Assembly (NCBI RefSeq): GCF_032191835.1
Contig: NC_083230.1
Span: 24,428,001-24,492,000 of the forward strand
Source: Heteronotia binoei
Taxonomy: Eukaryota
Direction: 5' to 3'
DNA: 64,000 nt
Shown one piece after another: positions 24,512-37,489 of the stretch. Under the pieces are notes generated by a model, which was not told where the DNA came from, made no database searches, and saw only the letters and a program-made list of their open reading frames with translations. Position numbers and translations under genes: made by a program. The number at the start of each line of letters is the position of its first letter. Position 1 is the stretch's first letter.

Positions 24512-25086
24512 TGTGATGGATATATCCCCTCACAGACCCTTTCCTCTAGCAATCAGGTACGCTCCAGACTGTAGAACAATACCCAGGAGCTAGCACCCTT
24601 GAGGGCTATTCACACCAGCACCTCAATTCCCTTTGTGTTAAGTCCCACACATCTAGGATCCCTGTCTGACTTCTGGGATTTCCAAACAGCCACAAGAACC
24701 TTTTGTCCTTCTCCCAGTGTGTTTGTGTTCTTTGTTAGAACCAGGAGTCTGTCCTTTGGCACCGACAGAATTCCTCAGCAGAGCCTTAAAGTTCCCCTCT
24801 GCCTTGTGGCACACTGTGCCACAGCTTTGAGAGTTTTCACTGAGAAAGAGCTTTGGATTATCCCCTTCTCACAAATTAACTCTCTTCCAGACAGAAGCTA
24901 TAAAAACCAATTCTGTCTCAGGAACTGAGCTGACAGACTGCTCTTAGCTCCAATCTCCAGTCGAGCTTCAACTGAATTGAACCCTGAGAAGATTTTCCCC
25001 CTCTGTCAGCCTCCTTCCGCATGGAAACGGCCCAGCCAATCAGTTTCTCACCACTCACACAGATAGACTGCTTTAAGTCCATCACA
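24512..25086 (-). mobile_element. LTR-like element (575 bp)
   Basis: TG...CA ends with 9-bp inverted termini TGTGATGGA/TCCATCACA and a CCAAT box; no TSD found. Confidence 0.45.
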
Positions 25087-25189
25087 CATACTTAGAGTAA
25101 AGGAGTTTTGATCCAACCTTACCAAAGACACATCTTATTGGGCCCATTTTTTAAAAGGCCACTTTAATGAATTGAAATTGTAATCTGCT

Positions 25190-25278
25190 TTTAATCATTT
25201 TAATTGTTTGATTTCTCGTGTAACCCGTCCTGAGCCTGCCTTATAGGGAGAGTGGGATATAAGCCAAATAAATAAATT
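25190..25278 (+). mobile_element. L2 3' tail remnant
   Basis: TGTAACCCGTCCTGAGCC...GGGATATAA followed by (AAAT)n. Confidence 0.55.
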
Positions 25279-26854
25279 TATTACTCAAGTTTGAAGGAAT
25301 TTTTACAGAGTACAAATGCATTTTACATTTATTTATATCCTTCTTTTATCCCTAGCAAGGACCCAGAACTACATCATTCTCCCCTCCTGCATTTTTCACA
25401 ATAACCCTGTCCACAACAGATAAAAAGTTAGGCTGAGAGAATGTGACTGGGCCGCCATCCAGGAGACTTCCATGGTAACAGTGAGGATTTTGAACCTAGG
25501 TCTCCCAAGAGCCTGATCTGACAATTTAGCCAGAACCCCATGCAGGCTTTCAAATGGCACAGTGAAGACAGCCATATTGAGGTCAAGAATCACATAAGCT
25601 AGAGAAGCATTCCTGAACATACTTCAGTCTGAATTGTTGACATGGCGCATCTTAAATGTTGAAAAAATCTGGCAAAATCAGATGCCTTTGACTTACTCCC
25701 CTTCTGTTGTGATAGCCTAATGCATGAAGTTTGTATTAGTAACCTATGAATGGACCAAAAGTATTCAGCAAGGTTTATAGCTTTATTTTCTCAATTTCCT
25801 TAGTGTATACACCTGAAACAGACGTGCACTTTTTTTCTCTGTTAGTCTAATATTATTATCCCAAGTGCATAGTTAGAGTTCCTGGAAGTAGGCAAACTAT
25901 TTGTAGAAATTGTTTTAGTAAAGAGGGTTGCATGTCTGTATTCCACTCCCCACCCCTGCTGTCTGATGTTTTCTTTAAGGATTTACCCTTCTTCTGGATA
26001 CTTGCACTGTTACTGAAACAATTTTGATTCAGTAGTCTTATTAGCCACTGAATTCTGTTCGTAAAATAAATATGGAGGCACAAAAACAATGAAGCTGCTA
26101 AAGATGACTGCCATAATATGTTTGTATAAAAAGAGAGCGTTTCATGTATTATTGTTTCAGTGTAAAATATATGTTCAATATTTTATTTCATTGTGATGGA
26201 TAATTACCTTAGAGGAAACATGCCTTGCTGTTTAACACAGCTGAAATCTGCTGCCTGGAAGGGGAAAAATAACAGGTGACTGTAAAACCTGGCACAAAAG
26301 CACAGCTAACATGGAAAGTAGTTCTTGCTAATTTGACAGAAGCATTTAGGGAATCTGAACATGTCCTAGGCACTGTTCTGGAGAATCCACATCTGCTGTG
26401 TTTTACCTAGAAGCAGATTTGAAGTACGTTACAATCATCACAGTGGTTGCACTACATGTTTACTGTTTTCCAAGGAAGGCTACTATATTGGCTATGCTCA
26501 AAACAGATAAGTATGTCCTTAGAGAACTAGCTGAGATGCTGGAGGAGTTGTAACCTGAGGCAGTTTAATATAGAGTGATAGTAGTACAACTGACTGGTCT
26601 CCTGCTATGCATAAGGTTTACATTTTCCTGTGTATTTAAGCAGTTTCTCTTGTCATGATAGAGGTAAAACAAAATGCTAAAGTACCAAGTCAACAATAAA
26701 AAAAAAATGATTTTCTTATCTTGACATCAAATTGTGAATTTTAAATTTGGTACTGTGGCCAAGGATAGACGGTATAGGCACACTTTCCCATAGATACAGG
26801 CATGCACATTATTTTTCTTATACATACGCATGCATACACATTTAACTTCATATG

Positions 26855-26876
26855 CACACACACACACACACACACA
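26855..26876. repeat. (CA)n microsatellite
   Basis: Pure CA run. Confidence 0.9.
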
Positions 26877-27687
26877 TAGGCCGCATTTTGGCAAGGAGCT
26901 CACAGGAGCAGAGCTCCAGAACCTCTACATTTTATTGTACTTTCTTTCTTAGCGCGCCCCCCTCCCCCCCAAAAAAACCCTTGCTTCTGGGCTCCATTGT
27001 TTAAACCCCCTGTAAGAACTTTGCTGAACTCTAAGATTAGACAAGCTCTTCTAATATTTTTCCCCACAAAAATGGGAAAATAATCAAAACATATAAACCA
27101 GACAGATGGAAATCTTCATCATGCCACTGTGGCCACATAGGAGAAAGTAATTTAAAAAGTGTGATGGGAGTCAGGTTTTATTATGACAACTATAATTCAA
27201 AAAGCATTTTAAGGTAGATGCTGAGCTGATATAGTTTACTCCACCTTTCAGTGAAGTCAAGGGTGTGTGGCATATGCAAATAAGTTGTGCTAATGAAAAC
27301 ATTCTTTTTCTACATAATGATACACATGCAAACACATATATATAAAACATGCAGGACCCTGCAGTAGGAAATAGAAGAGATGGGCCTCTTGTTTCTACTT
27401 TTGCTTTCACCAGACTTGAATAAAATTGGCTTAATGTTAGATTATCTTCAGAAACAAGTCTGGTGTACAATTTTAGGCTTTTACCGCTGACATGTATGTT
27501 TAGAAAAAACCCCTAATAATTGTTCTGCTGCCACATTGTCCTAAACACTACAGTGATGCTTGTGCTGTAGACACATTGCAAGGCAGTACGGATGGATGTT
27601 CTGGTAAATATGCTAAGCACTATTTATAATGATTTCTCTTGTAGCAGTTTCTGACTCATTAATTAGATTTATTTTCCTTCATTTCAG

Positions 27688-27760
27688 GGAGTAGTTGTTC
27701 TTTCCTATCCATTAACTAGACTTGGAAATGGAAAAGCCTTCTTCAAAATTGTACTTCAAG
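27688..27760 (+). CDS. POT1: POT1 coding exon 2
   Basis: Acceptor TTCCTTCATTTCAG|, GVVVLSYPLTRLGNGKAFFKIVLQ+G, donor AAG|GTATTT; 73 nt, phase 0-1. Confidence 0.88.
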
Positions 27761-28037
27761 GTATTTAAATATATAGTTCTCAGTTTTGCTCGTTACTTGT
27801 CATTCATTGAAGGCATAAAGATGGGGTGGGGAGGAGAAACCTGTTGCATTGAATTAATGAGTAAAAGATGGGAAATGAGGACCTATTGCAGAGTTTGAAG
27901 AACATTGCTGTACAGTTCTCATAATGGCAGAAAAGGTATATTGAAGATACTATATGAAAATCTGAACTCAGGTAGGGGTGCAGTTCCTTGTCAGATTTAA
28001 CTTGCTCAATCAGGTATGTGTATTGGCTGGACACAAA

Positions 28038-28520
28038 TAGGGTTGTCAGTCCCCAGTTGGGGGCAGGGAATCCCCTGGTTTGGAGGCCTCCCCCCGCTTC
28101 AGGGTTATCAAAAATGGGGGGGGGGGAGAATGCCCACTGGGCACTACATTACTCTATGGAGACCAGTCTCCATAGAGTATAATGGAAAATTGTTCCATGG
28201 GTATCTGGGGCTCTCGGGGGGGGGGGGGCTGTTTTTGACGTAAAGGCACCAAATCTTCAGCATAGCACCTAATTCTTCTCCACAAAGAAACCCCCAAGTT
28301 TCAAAAACATTGGACTAGGCGGTCCAATTCTATGAGCCCCAAAAGAAGATGTCCCTATCCTCCATTATTCCCAATGAAGGGAAGGCATTTAAAAGGTGTG
28401 TGGTCCCTTTATGTGTTGGCTAGAATTCCCTTTGGAGTTCAGTCTTGCTTGTCACTGCCTTGCTTCTGGCTCCACCCACAGAGTGCCCAGATATTTCTTG
28501 AGTCAGACCTGGCAACCCTA
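28038..28520. mobile_element. Non-autonomous hAT-Blackjack-like element
   Basis: TAGGGTTGTCA...TGGCAACCCTA; reverse-oriented relative of 30605 and 33833. Confidence 0.75.
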
Positions 28521-28829
28521 AAATCTTGCCTTTCAGTTTCCTCTTGCAAGACAGAGTTGGAAATGCAAACTACATTAATCACCTGCAGGATTCATTTATA
28601 CCTTACAGTATGATATATATGCTCCTAACTGTAGTCATCACTATGTATATTCTAAAAGTATACTATGATTTGATCCATATACCTTCTATTTAAGAGTCTG
28701 TTGGGTTCATTCACTGCTGATGTGAGGTGGTTTTCCATGGGAACCTACTCCCACATCCAGAATTAGTGTTGCCTTGTGCTTAGATAATTGTTACAGAAAC
28801 ACTTGAATTGCTCTTGGTTTTTTTCCTAG

Positions 28830-28921
28830 AATCAGAAAACTCATATTTCAGACCGGACACAATCAATATTTTACTTTTTGGGAGGTTGGCAGAGGACTGT
28901 GAAAAAGTGGTACACCAAGAG
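28830..28921 (+). CDS. POT1: POT1 coding exon 3
   Basis: Acceptor TTTTTTTCCTAG|, (E)SENSYFRPDTINILLFGRLAEDCEKVVHQE, donor GAG|GTAAAT; 92 nt, phase 1-0, open in frame with exon 2. Confidence 0.88.
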
Positions 28922-30604
28922 GTAAATATTTTTATACTTCTCATTTTTGTAAGGGTTTTTATGATAACATAGAAGTTTGTTCTACCAATCTAATTAACCA
29001 ATGTTATGTTGCTTTTTGACTGGATGGATTTCATGTGGTATGGGTTAGATTCCCCAAAGTATAAATCAAAATAATTGTTTGGAGGGGAAGGTGATAGGGA
29101 ACTGGACTGTAAGTTAGTAACACTGGAAGTTGGAGGTCATCACTTTCCCCCAGGGTACAATCATTAAAGTTTATTTAAAATTCCCTTCTTGTACAAAGTC
29201 CAGGTGAAGAGGAAGGGGGAAAAGTTCATTGCAATAAATGGAGAGCAGAGCTAAGCCAAAGCCTGCAATACCAAGCTGCTCTACCCCTTTTTGGGGTGAG
29301 CAGTACTTTAAATAGCCTTGATGACACATTGGCACATGTTGGCATATACACACACTAATTGGCTGCAACATCCAGCATAATTTCATTGTGAGAGCGAGCT
29401 ACACACTACTAACACAGTTTGCCAGGGTGGCATCAACTCATTGGTCAGGATTTCTGTTGCAGAAGGAAATTCTACTTCACATGCACCTTGACCAGGTAAA
29501 TCCAGTTTGGGCTCTTAAGAACCCCCAACTTCTGTTGTTACTTAGAAACACAGTAGAGATTGATTAAGGCATAGTGCAAGTTCTGTTGCAGATAAGACTG
29601 GAATGTTGGTAACTCTTCTGACTTTATTTCTTCTCAGTCATGCCTAGCTGTGTGTTAACCCTTAAGGATGTTAACTTAAGCATGCTTGGGGCCTTCCCAA
29701 TTAAAGCTGTGTCCCACACTCTCCTGGCTGCATTAAATGCAAGTAAGGAGAGTGGGAGAGATATGCTCATATCATGTCTGCTTTTTCTTTATTATGGTTG
29801 CAACTGGGAGGGTGGAGAGCATTTTTGATCTGGGGACTGCATGGAGAAGAGTTAAGCGCCTGTTTTCAATAGTGCCATGGCCCCAATACACAGCACCCTG
29901 TCCATATCAGCTGCTCTTTGCAGAGCAAATCACAGAGCCCTGAAGGTCACATTGTGTTTGCTCTTGGGGTAGAGTGCCGAGTCCTGTTTCTGTATGCAGC
30001 ACATTATCAGCTTTTCTTCCCTTTTTCATTTAAAGTTGTGTTACGGTGCTTCTTTCCCATCATAAGATACCACTGTAGGATGACTGCCAAGGATTTTTTT
30101 TTAACAATAGCACAACACGAGTTGTAAAACAAAAAGAAAAGTTAATTTGGTGCCTTTTTATTATGTAAATGAAGCAGCCAAATGTTTTTTTATTTATTTT
30201 GTATTTTCTGCACTGGAGAATCCAAGAGGAGTCTCAATATGAGTCACAGCAAACATAATGAAAGAATAATGCAGAGCCCCCAGAATTAAATCAGAAACAT
30301 AAATTACTGACAGTAATTTGCCAGTAAAATTAAGAATAGAAAAGTAAAAAAAAAAAATTAGGTGAGTAATAAATAAAAGCACCATAAGGTGTCATTAGCA
30401 ACTTTCAAGTTGGACAGGGAAGGATGGAGGACACCATGGCGGAAGGAGGGGATGGGATGGGGGTAATTGAGAAGAGGTGGCAGTTTATCTGTAGACATGG
30501 ATCTAATAGAACCCTTGGACTTCAACTTTGCTTCTTTAGAGGCAATGCAAACCCAGTCATGCAAGGCTGACTCCTTGATCTCTGTCTAAATTATCAATCA
30601 GCGC

Positions 30605-31122
30605 TAGGGTTGCCAAGTCCAATTCAAGAAATATCTGGGGACTTTGGGGGTGGAGCCAGGAGACTTTGGGGGTGGGGCCAGGAGACATGGGGGCAGAGCC
30701 AGGAGCAAGGGTGTGACAAGCATCATTGAACTCCAAGAGAGTTCTGGCCATCACATTTAAAGAAACAGCACATCTTTTAAAATGCCTTCCTTCCATAGAA
30801 AATAATGAAGGATAGGGGCACCTTCTTTTGGGGCTCATAGAATTGGACCCCCTGACCCAATCCTTTTGAAACTTGGGAGGTGTTTTGGGGAGAGGTACTA
30901 GATGCTATACTGAAAATTTGGCGCCTCTATCTCAAAAAGCAGCCCCCCCAGAGCCCCCAATACCTGCAGATCAATTCCCCATCATTCCCTATGGGACTCG
31001 TTCATGGAGGTGCATAATAGCTTTGGGGGCGGGGCTTCCCCCGCCGGCCAGCTGGCTGGGGGAGGGGGGAAGCCTGTAAAACCGGGGGATCCCCCGCTGG
31101 GCCCTGGGGATTGGGAAGCCTA
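30605..31122. mobile_element. Non-autonomous hAT-Blackjack-like element
   Basis: TAGGGTTGCCAAG start; 6/8 TSD ATCAGCGC/AGTAGCGC; highly similar to 33833-34333. Confidence 0.8.
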
Positions 31123-31811
31123 AGTAGCGCTCATCTCCAGTTTGTTTGCTTTCAGCCAACCCATTACTGCCTTTCAGGTTTCAACTGCTTCCCCCAATCT
31201 TCTACTACCTCTCTTGACCTTCTGGCTCCAGTCCACTTAGACAGGGATGCAAACATTCTGGTGCAGTGCCTCTGATACCTTTTTCAGACTGGTATTCAAG
31301 AAGAATGTTCTCTTCGGTGACATCAGAAGTTACTTTGAGGCCAATGGGGGACCCATTCCAGCACAGTTTTCCATCAAGATGACCAAGGCAATTTATGATT
31401 CCAGAATCAGATTGGGAAGTGTACTGAAACAGATATAAATGAATTGTCTTATCTGAGGGGAGGCTGTGGTTGTGTGGTTGTCACCTGTGAATGTATATTA
31501 TCCAGCAGTATAATATTGGCAACCAGTTAACAGCAATTAACATAATTAGGGTCCAGGGAAGGCTTCCTCTGGAGGATCGCCACAAAGGCATTTTTGTGCT
31601 TTCTCCATCATGGAAATGTTAACTAGACTCAACCAGCCTGCTGCAACAAAATGTAATAAAGCAGAATGAAGTAAAGAAGTAGTGGCTTGCTAGATTGCTA
31701 CTGGCAAACAATAATTGGAGAATGTATGGATGTGTTAGATCAGGGGTGTCAAACTCATTTGTCACGAAGGCCAGATCTAAAATAAATTGGACTTTGTTGG
31801 ACCGGGTCATA

Positions 31812-32343
31812 GTAAGTAAGTAAGTAAGTAAAATTTTATTTATATCCCGCCCTCCCCCGCCGAAGCAGGCTCAGGGCGGCTAACAGCATTTCAAGTAAAC
31901 AATACAATAATAAAAACATTAAATTCACATTAAAATTCACATTAAAACCAGTCAATAGTCAATAATTAATTAAAACATTCCTAAATTAACACTGGCGGTA
32001 AACATTATTAATCTGGCGGTAAACATTAATTCAGTTATTGGTGAACGCCTGTTTGAAGAGGGCGGTCTTGCAGGCCCTGCGGAACTGGTCTAAGTTCCGC
32101 AGGGCCCGCACCTCCTCTGGGAGTTGGTTCCAGAGTTGTGGGGCCGCAACGGAAAAGGCCCGAGTGCGGGTGCTTTGAAGTTTAACTTCTTTTGGCCCAG
32201 GGATATTCAGTCTGCTTTTCCCCACTGACCTCAGTGCTCTCTGGGGCTCATATGGGGAGAGACGGTCCCTCAGGTAGGTCGGTCCTTGGCCATATAGGGC
32301 TTTAAAGGTTATGACCAGCACTTTGTACTGGATCCGGTATACG
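31812..32343 (-). mobile_element. L2 LINE 3' fragment
   Basis: RIQYKVLVITFKAL...RAFSVAAPQLWNQLP...FKQAF; (CTTA)n tail on the minus strand. Confidence 0.9.
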
Positions 32344-32763
32344 ATTGTCATCAAATGTGTGTCATCAAATGTAATGCAAGGTAGCAGAGATGTAAACTTT
32401 TTAAGGAACACAGCCAAATGCAATTAAATTTTTCTTAAAAGCTTAAACTACAAAACAACAAACATACTTAACACATTATGCCTTGAATGAACTTGATACC
32501 TTTGAGAATTGCATTCCATGCAACATTTTTTTTTTTTTGCAAGGGATTCCCAACAAGACATACTATCTAGGCTTGGGTTCTATGTTCCAGTTCCTCGTTT
32601 CTCTTCCCTGACCAGTCTTCCCACTCCCTACCCCCAGTAACCCCAGTGGGATTTTAAAGTGCTGGAGCACATATGGTGTGGCAGAGACTTTGAAACTTTC
32701 CACTCAGACAGAGAGAGGGAGAAGCTCCTCCTCATCTCCTCCACAGCCTCCCTTCTCCAACTC

Positions 32764-32973
32764 GGGGAGGGACGGTGGCTCAGTGGTGGAGCATCTGCTT
32801 GGGAAGCAGAAGGTCCCAGGTTCAATCCCTGGCATCTCCAAAAAAGGGTCCAGGCAAATAGGTGTGAAAAACCTCAGCTTGAGACCCTGGAGAGCCGCTG
32901 CCAGTCTGAGAAGACAATACTGACTTTGATGGACCGAGGGTCTGATTCAGTATAAGGCAGCTTCATATGTTCA
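32764..32973 (+). mobile_element. Squam2-like tRNA SINE
   Basis: Full length; flanking direct repeat CAACTC. Confidence 0.88.
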
Positions 32974-33832
32974 ACTCCTCCAAGGAGCAACAAGGCTGTG
33001 ATCCAATACACATTTTCTTGGGAGTATCTCCCATGCAGCATGTGTTCCATGGCAAATGCCTTCCCCTCTGTCGGGAGCTGACTCCTGAGGAAGCCAGCTT
33101 GGGCCGTCCTTCCCTGCTTTTCTTCACCCGGGCAAAGACGGGCTTCATTGCAGCGGCAGCCTCTCCAAGATTGCTCACACTGCTGCTCTGCAAATGCCTG
33201 TAAGCAACACCCAGGTCAGCTTACTCCCTGACCAGTCCCTCTCCCCCCTCCTCCACATCCAGAGGCATCTTACTCATGCACGCCTGCAGGAAACCTCTGG
33301 CCAGGCTTTGTCCCTCACTGGTGGCTGAGGACCTCCAGGCCAGCTCTCCTTCTTCTGACCCGCACCCGAATCCAGCCAGCCAGGGCAGTCATGGGGTGGC
33401 CGGCAGGCAGGCCAGGCACGTGCAGCCACATGCCCACCTTGCTGTCGGAGTTCTGGGAGAGCTGCCTATCTTCACCCCACCAGAGTAGGCAGCCCTCAGC
33501 CAATCCCAGGTGCTGAGGAAGCACAGCTGCTGAATTGCAGGGTCAAGCAAGACAGTGTAGGCCTAGAGGAGTTTTGCCTGGGGGCAGAACCTGATCAGGC
33601 ACAGGAGAAACTAGCAAAGATGAAACCAAGTAAACTGGGAAGTTTAGCGGCCCTACTGTCTGCTCCCTGCACTCAATGACGGTGAGGAAGGGTGAGGACA
33701 GGTATGGGCGGGGAGTGGAGGAGGGGAAAGAAGACAACCCCATTTGCGGGCTGGATTACAACTCTGGGTGAGCCAGTTCTGGCCCGCGGGACGGAGGTTT
33801 GACACCCCTCTGCTAGATCCATCATGATATAA

Positions 33833-34333
33833 TAGGGTTGCCAAGTCCAATTCAAGAAATATCTGGGGACTTTGGGGGTGGAGTCAGGAGACATTAGGGG
33901 TGGAGCCAAAATCAAGGCTGTGACAAGCATAATTGAACTCCGAAGGGAGTTCTGGCCATCACATTTAAAGGGACAGCACACCTTTTCAATGCCTTCCTTC
34001 CATAGGAAATAATGAAGGATAGGGGCACCTTCTTTTGGGGCTCATACAATTGGACCTCCTGGTTCAATATTTTTTAAACTTGGTGGGTATTTTGGGGAGA
34101 GGCACTAGATGCTATACTGAAAATTTGGTGCCTCTACCCCAAAAAACAGCCCCCCCCAGAGCCCCAGATACCAGCAGATCAATTCTCCATGATTTTCTAT
34201 GGGAATAAATCTCAATCAGGAATAACAGAGTTCCCAGCAGACATTTCCCCCCGCTTTCTGACGACCCTGAAGCGGGGGGGAGGGCCTCCAAACCGGGGGA
34301 TCCCCTGCCCCCACCTGGGGATTGGCAACCCTA
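33833..34333. mobile_element. Non-autonomous hAT-Blackjack-like element (501 bp)
   Basis: TAGGGTTGCCAA/TTGGCAACCCTA TIR; perfect 8-bp TSD TGATATAA. Confidence 0.92.
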
Positions 34334-36265
34334 TGATATAACCAAAATAAGACTGCTTGAGAGTGTGATGGAAGCAGGGGTCCACCAAAATGGTTGGTAG
34401 GTCACTACCGGTGTCCATAAATTTAATTTCAGTAATTGGGTTTGTTATAATGGTTAACATTTCAGACAAATACTGAATTCAAACCCTCACATTTCCATAA
34501 GTCTCCTAAGGGAGCCAATTATTGTCTGTAGGCCTAGTCTACCTCACAGGGTAGTTCTGAGGACAGATAGATGTACTGTGCCCTGAGACCTTGGAGGAAT
34601 GGTGAAATAAAAATGAAATAGATACCTATATGCTCAGTATGATTTGAGGTCTCTTTTGTTGTGTGCCAGATGCAGAAGACTAGGACTGCCTTACCATGAA
34701 GTGTATGTGGTGATGGAAGAAATTCCTATTCACATCATCTTTGTGCTTCTTTTAGTACAACTATATTGTTGTACCAGTCCGCTTTTGCTATGAATGTTTA
34801 GCGAGGGACTGGGGATAAATTTTAACTACGTTTTGATTTGACATGAGGTTCCTTATCGGATAGATATAAACTGACAAACCAAATATATTTTGAACCATGT
34901 GCATAATTATTTTGCTTCCTGCAGGTAACAATGCAATAAATTGAAATTCAACATGCATTTTATTTCCTCTGTTGGCTTGGTGCTGGTTTTATGGTCCAAA
35001 AGATCAATGTGATCAGTGAGCAGTTGTGAGCAGTGCGATGTAAGTTGTCATGTCAAATCAGTTAACTATTTGAACTGGGACTTTAATATTCTAGGCAGTG
35101 GAAAACTGTGACTGAGGCAAGAAATTGGGATTTTGTTTTCAAATGTTAAAGTTTTAATTAGAAAAACCTGTTTATTGCCTTATGCTAATAATTCAAGTTT
35201 CTCAGTGCATAGATGCGTGAGTTTAGGCATAGGATGTACTAGGCAGGTTTGGTCTCTGAGTCCTGCTCCTGTCATGTCTCTGTTCAAAATACATTATTTA
35301 CTGCCAGCTGGAGTTTAACATTCTGAGTCTGATAGATGATTAGGCTGTCATACCTTCCACCTGCTGTGTATCTATAACATAATGAGAGGAAATGTACTGA
35401 TTTTTGTCTCAGTGGAAACAAGCTGTGGAGTCTTGGGGAAATCATAGTACCCTTAAATGTGTACATATGGTCAAGAAAGTATATATTCCATGTGTTATGA
35501 GATGTGCATAGAATATCAGATAACTTTTTAGCGTGTGACATGACATCACCATAAGATCACTGTTTGTGTATTTACCTTTCTTTTGAGCCTGAATGAAATG
35601 CAGATGCCTTAGCGGCAGACTTGAAAAGTTCACGACATATTGCTCCCATCATACTAATGATTATTCTCCAGATAACTGCAGAAACAGTAGGGATGTTGTT
35701 TTCCGGAAAATATCGAATCAACTGAATGCAGTTTATATGGTTCAAGAATGAGGATGGACGTGAGACAGTTATCTAATATTGTGTGTGTGTGTAAAATATT
35801 TCCTAGAAACAAAGCTGAACAAATGCAGTGGTAACTTTGATACTATTGGCCATACTGATATCCATTCATTATGCTGCATTATTTCACAAAATTAAGTTAA
35901 TTGGGTTTTTTGATAGAAAAATAAAGTTGTGTAAATGTTCTATGGAAAACTTTCCCAGATGCGGATCTTTGTGAAGACAGGTATTGCAGCATATCAGTGG
36001 GCATGCACATTGAATTGAAAAAGTGTAAGACATCTGTCTCAGTGCAATGTGAAAAAGCTAAAATTAAAAAAAAACCCTCTTTAATTCAGGGTTTAAGGCA
36101 CAACAGATTTCCTTGTGCTTCAAAAATCCTGGATTTTGTACATTAAGTCAGCCACTGCATTTTTTCTGCCAGTAAAATTTGATGTTTAATGGTCACTAAC
36201 ACTAGGTTCCAGGCCCTTTTAATAGAATTTTTGTGGAAATAAATTAAAAATAGCTAATAAACAAA

Positions 36266-36457
36266 TTATCCATTATCAAATATCATCAAGTGTTCTTTCA
36301 CTCTCCAATGTTCTTCCACATAGTTCTGAAACTTTCGCCATTCATTATTAAAATTTTCCATATCAAGTTCCTTTAGTGTTCTTGTTAATTTGTCCATTTC
36401 ACTCCAGTGCATAGTTCTCATAACCCAATCCCATTTTTCTGGAATTTTATTTTGCTT
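36266..36457 (-). mobile_element. L1-type ORF2 C-terminal fragment
   Basis: Open 63 codons KQNKIPEKWDWVMRTMHWSEMDKLTRTLKELDMENFNNEWRKFQNY...*, resembling the non-mammalian L1 ORF2 C-terminus. Confidence 0.65.
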
Positions 36458-36462
36458 CTAGT

Positions 36463-37477
36463 GGTCACGAGTGCCGCAGTGAGGTCTGCTCACTAATCGC
36501 CACCCTTTGTCCCCGACCGTGGAGAAAGGAAGAGAGCCACTGCAAGGCTACCCCTTGAACTCCAATGTCGGCAAGGCGGTGGGTCATTAGATCATAATCG
36601 ACCATATCAAAGGCTGCTGAGAGATCTAACATCAGCGCTGACCCGCCTTGGTCCAGGTGCCGTCTAAGGTCATCTGTGAGGACAACCAAAGCCGTCTCCA
36701 TCCCATGACCAGGACGGAATCCAGACTGGAAGGGGTCAAGGGTAGAGGTATCCTCCAGGAATGCTTGAAACTGCTCTGCCACTGCTTTCTCAATTACCGT
36801 GCCCAGGAGTGGTAAATTTGAAACTGGGCGGTAATTGGCCAGGACCGTTGGGTTCAAAGCTGGCTTTTTCAGATGCGAACGGACCACTACCTCTTTAAGT
36901 TTAGCCGGGAAGTTCCCTGTTTCCAAGGATAGATTGATAATATCGGCTAATGAGTCCTGGATACCCTCGCCCCTTGCCTTAATAAGCCAGGATGGGCATG
37001 GGTCCAGTGGACAAGTGGTTGGCTTCACTGCAGTCAAGATCCTTTCCACATCTTACCTATTAAGATGGCTGAAGCAGTCCAATATAGGACCCAAAGACGG
37101 GCAACGGGCTTCCAGTTCCCGTACTGTATCAATCGTGGCCAGAAGGTTGTGGCTGAGAGTCGAGATTTTATCTGCAAAATAGGTCGCAAAAGCCTATATC
37201 CAATTCTCTTAACTTTTGAATTTCCCATAGACACTGTAGTCAATGATCAAAATGTCCTAAATAACTGGGCCAGGCACGACTTAGCAGATGCAATGGAGAC
37301 CACGTAGAATTCCTTCTTCGTGGACTTCACTGCCTTCTCATAGGCTTTCATAAACGCTCTATAAGACGTTCTTGTCTCCTCTTCATAAGATCTCCGCCAC
37401 ACTCGCTCTAGCTGTCTAAGTTGCCATTTCATCATCTTCAGCTAGAGCGAGTGTGGCAGAGATCTTATGAAGAGGAG
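36463..37477 (-). mobile_element. L2 LINE internal fragment (pre-RT and RT domains 1-3)
   Basis: TTCPLDPCPSWL..NYRPVSNLP..LDPFQSGFRPGHG.ETAL..LDLSAAFD; truncated at both ends. Confidence 0.92.
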
Positions 37478-37489
37478 TCAAGAACCCCC

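Larger units (their letters stand above)
31741..33810. mobile_element. Non-autonomous hAT (Charlie-type) carrying nested L2 and SINE
   Basis: TIR CAGGGGTGTCAAAC / GTTTGACACCCCTC; TSD TGTTAGAT/TGCTAGAT. Confidence 0.8.
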
